Position numbers and translations under genes: made by a program. A model generated the notes under the pieces. That model ran no database searches. It was given only the letters and a program-made list of their open reading frames with translations, and had not been told where the DNA came from. From IMG/VR virus record IMGVR_UViG_2061766007_000718: a stretch of 20,000 bases of DNA. The stretch is one strand, 5' to 3'. Source of the stretch: an uncultured virus (IMG/VR IMGVR_UViG_2061766007_000718). Its lineage: Duplodnaviria > Heunggongvirae > Uroviricota > Caudoviricetes. Positions 18,398 to 20,000 of the stretch are shown here, piece by piece (within the stretch, counting starts at the first letter, position 1; each line of letters opens with the position of its first letter).

Positions 18398-19576
18398 CTA
18401 AAAATCCGTATGGCTAATGTCATCTTGGATTTTATTATTACTCTGGAGGGCATTATCGCGCAAGTCGTTGAGAATTGCTGTTCGGTCAACCTCGCTGTAT
18501 ATCTGCGTGGTTTGCAGTTTCTGATGCCCGAGCAATCTTTGTATGGTTGTAAGCTGTACTCCCTTTTGCCCAAGCAATGTAGCAAATGTATGGCGTGAAG
18601 AATGGAAGGTTATCTTGACATCCGCACCTATGCTGTCGAGCAGGACGCGAAGTGTAGCGTTTACCTGCGAGTTTACGCCAAGATTCTTCGCCAACTTTCC
18701 AATGTCGCCATACTTGCCTATTATTCCTGACATCTTGTCGCTTATAGGAATTTCAACCTCGTAGCCTGTCTTTACCATCTTCTTTACAATCCAGCCATCG
18801 TGTATGTCTGACTTTCGCAAGGTTCTGATGTCGGAGAACCTTAAACCAGTGTAGCAGCCGACAAGAAACGCGTCACGCACTATGTCATCGTTGCCACTGA
18901 GTTTCATCGCTTCGAGTTTGCGTAATAGGTCTGCTGGCAGATAGCCTTTCTTCGACACCATCTGCTGTATGCGGAAGCGGTCGAATGGATTGGTGTCAAT
19001 TATATCGCGCTTACGCGCCTCGTTGAGCAAAGCGCGTAGAAGTCGCAGACGACTTACACGAGTATTGTGCTGCACACCTATACCGCGCAGATACTTGTCG
19101 TAGCCAACTACATAATTATAGTCTATATCTGTGATATATGTTCCGCTACGGTACTTGTCGAGATCATTAAACAATGTGAGATAATTCCTTTTGGTAAGCT
19201 GCTTGCGTGCACTGTCTTCTATGACATTCATACCAAAATCGCGCAATTTAGCACCAGGCGAAAGGTGACTACGATACGCTTCACGCAACATTGGCAAGGT
19301 CACTACTACACCTCGCTTTATGTATTCCAATTCGATATTCTCAACCTCATGCATAATTTTGTACAATGCATAATTGAGATTGTCGGCAAGTTCGTGATTT
19401 ACTACACAACCATGATAAAACTGGTTTGGCTGCAAATATGTATGGGTACTGAAATAAATGCGACGACCGTTCTGCGTACACTCTATTTGAACGAGTCCTT
19501 CGCCAGACTGATTGAGCCTACCGCCTCTGTTAAAGACGAGCTTGTATCTTACCTTTGTCATGATTTTGGTTAACAT
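18398..19576 (-). CDS. Tyrosine recombinase (Bacteroidetes Arm-DNA-binding + SAM-like + catalytic domain); integrase or invertase
   Basis: Catalytic motifs TGLRFSD, KTG, FHSSRHTFAT, LLGH and TTQIY. N-terminal YKLVFNRGGRLN...VQIE...RIYFST. Alternative ATG at 19561. Confidence 0.92.
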   Translation of the reverse strand: MLTKIMTKVRYKLVFNRGGRLNQSGEGLVQIECTQNGRRIYFSTHTYLQPNQFYHGCVVNHELADNLNYALYKIMHEVENIELEYIKRGVVVTLPMLREAYRSHLSPGAKLRDFGMNVIEDSARKQLTKRNYLTLFNDLDKYRSGTYITDIDYNYVVGYDKYLRGIGVQHNTRVSRLRLLRALLNEARKRDIIDTNPFDRFRIQQMVSKKGYLPADLLRKLEAMKLSGNDDIVRDAFLVGCYTGLRFSDIRTLRKSDIHDGWIVKKMVKTGYEVEIPISDKMSGIIGKYGDIGKLAKNLGVNSQVNATLRVLLDSIGADVKITFHSSRHTFATLLGQKGVQLTTIQRLLGHQKLQTTQIYSEVDRTAILNDLRDNALQSNNKIQDDISHTDF

Positions 19577-19714
19577 ATCTTATTTCTTTTTTGCAAAATG
19601 CAAAAGTGAAGAATAATTCGGGAACAATTAGTAAAAAAACACTTTATCATTGCTATAATCCATTATTCTTCAATATGTTAACCTATACTACACTTTTCTT
19701 TTACATTATAATAA

Positions 19715-19751
19715 TTGCATATTGCTGCAATATTTGTGCAGCAATATGCAA
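19715..19751. terminator. 15-bp perfect hairpin, probable terminator after the upstream ORF
   Basis: TTGCATATTGCTGCA-atatttg-TGCAGCAATATGCAA, 10 nt after the stop at 19761. Confidence 0.7.
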
Positions 19752-19760
19752 ATTTTGGAA

Positions 19761-20000
19761 TTATACAACTAAATCAGCGGCATACCAAACCTTGAGTGTT
19801 CCGCTGCTATTTTGGGCAGCACATTGCGTACTGTTTGAATTAGCGACAAAGGTGATAGTGAGCAGGTTGTTCTCGTTATCGCCCTTCGTTCCGTTAAGAA
19901 TTTGAGCGTTCTGGACATACGAACTTGCGTCACTTCCGCCTACTATTGCACAATACATAACACCTTCAAAAACAGTAAGTTGTCGCACATAGTTCCCGAA
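19761..20000 (-). CDS. Partial ORF (3' end), beta-rich; possibly a tail-fibre C-terminal cassette
   Basis: The frame stays open to the window edge: FGNYVRQLTVFEGVMYCAIVGG...LKVWYAADLVV*. Function is inferred from context only. Confidence 0.5.
   Translation of the reverse strand, partial: FGNYVRQLTVFEGVMYCAIVGGSDASSYVQNAQILNGTKGDNENNLLTITFVANSNSTQCAAQNSSGTLKVWYAADLVV

Larger units (their letters stand above)
2151..20000 (-). mobile_element. Siphovirus-type prophage of a Bacteroidetes host, integrated at the tRNA 3' end; continues beyond the right edge
   Basis: Contiguous head-neck-tail gene series with no sheath gene and a tyrosine recombinase. The tail-tip gene ends 70 bp from the tRNA 3' end. 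The GTTGAAAATCAACAAGTTAC tract just after the tRNA resembles ends of Bacteroidetes integrated elements. Confidence 0.88.

Noticed and set aside
19591..19905. 104-aa plus-strand ORF as an alternative shufflon cassette
   Set aside because: It is not in the F-G-N frame of the repeat, runs through a terminator hairpin, overlaps the minus-strand ORF, and has low-complexity AT-driven composition.

Overview
This is a Bacteroidetes (Bacteroidales-like) scaffold with several N-masked gaps. Bases 1-~2150 are host DNA: a partial secreted adhesin-repeat protein, lipoate-protein ligase (lplA, broken by co-assembled strain haplotypes) and a partly masked tRNA, probably tRNA-Phe. From ~2151 to the window end lies a siphovirus-type prophage on the minus strand, abutting the tRNA 3' end. 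In transcription order it encodes: a partial beta-rich ORF, a tyrosine recombinase, a three-gene GHKL kinase/STAS/PIN cassette (likely defence or toxin-antitoxin), two small Cys-rich ORFs, scaffold, decoration protein, major capsid protein with a C-terminal BACON-like domain, four head-tail joining genes, major tail protein (also BACON-like), tail assembly chaperone with a -1 frameshift extension, tape measure, Dit-like protein and tail-tip protein. The most notable features are: (1) the kinase-STAS-PIN cassette; (2) a shared operator-like box on three phage promoters; (3) a possible invertible (shufflon-like) segment beside the recombinase; (4) BACON-like fusions on both capsid and tail tube; (5) a repeat-rich insert upstream of the tape measure gene. 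All calls come from motif recognition by eye; no searches were run.
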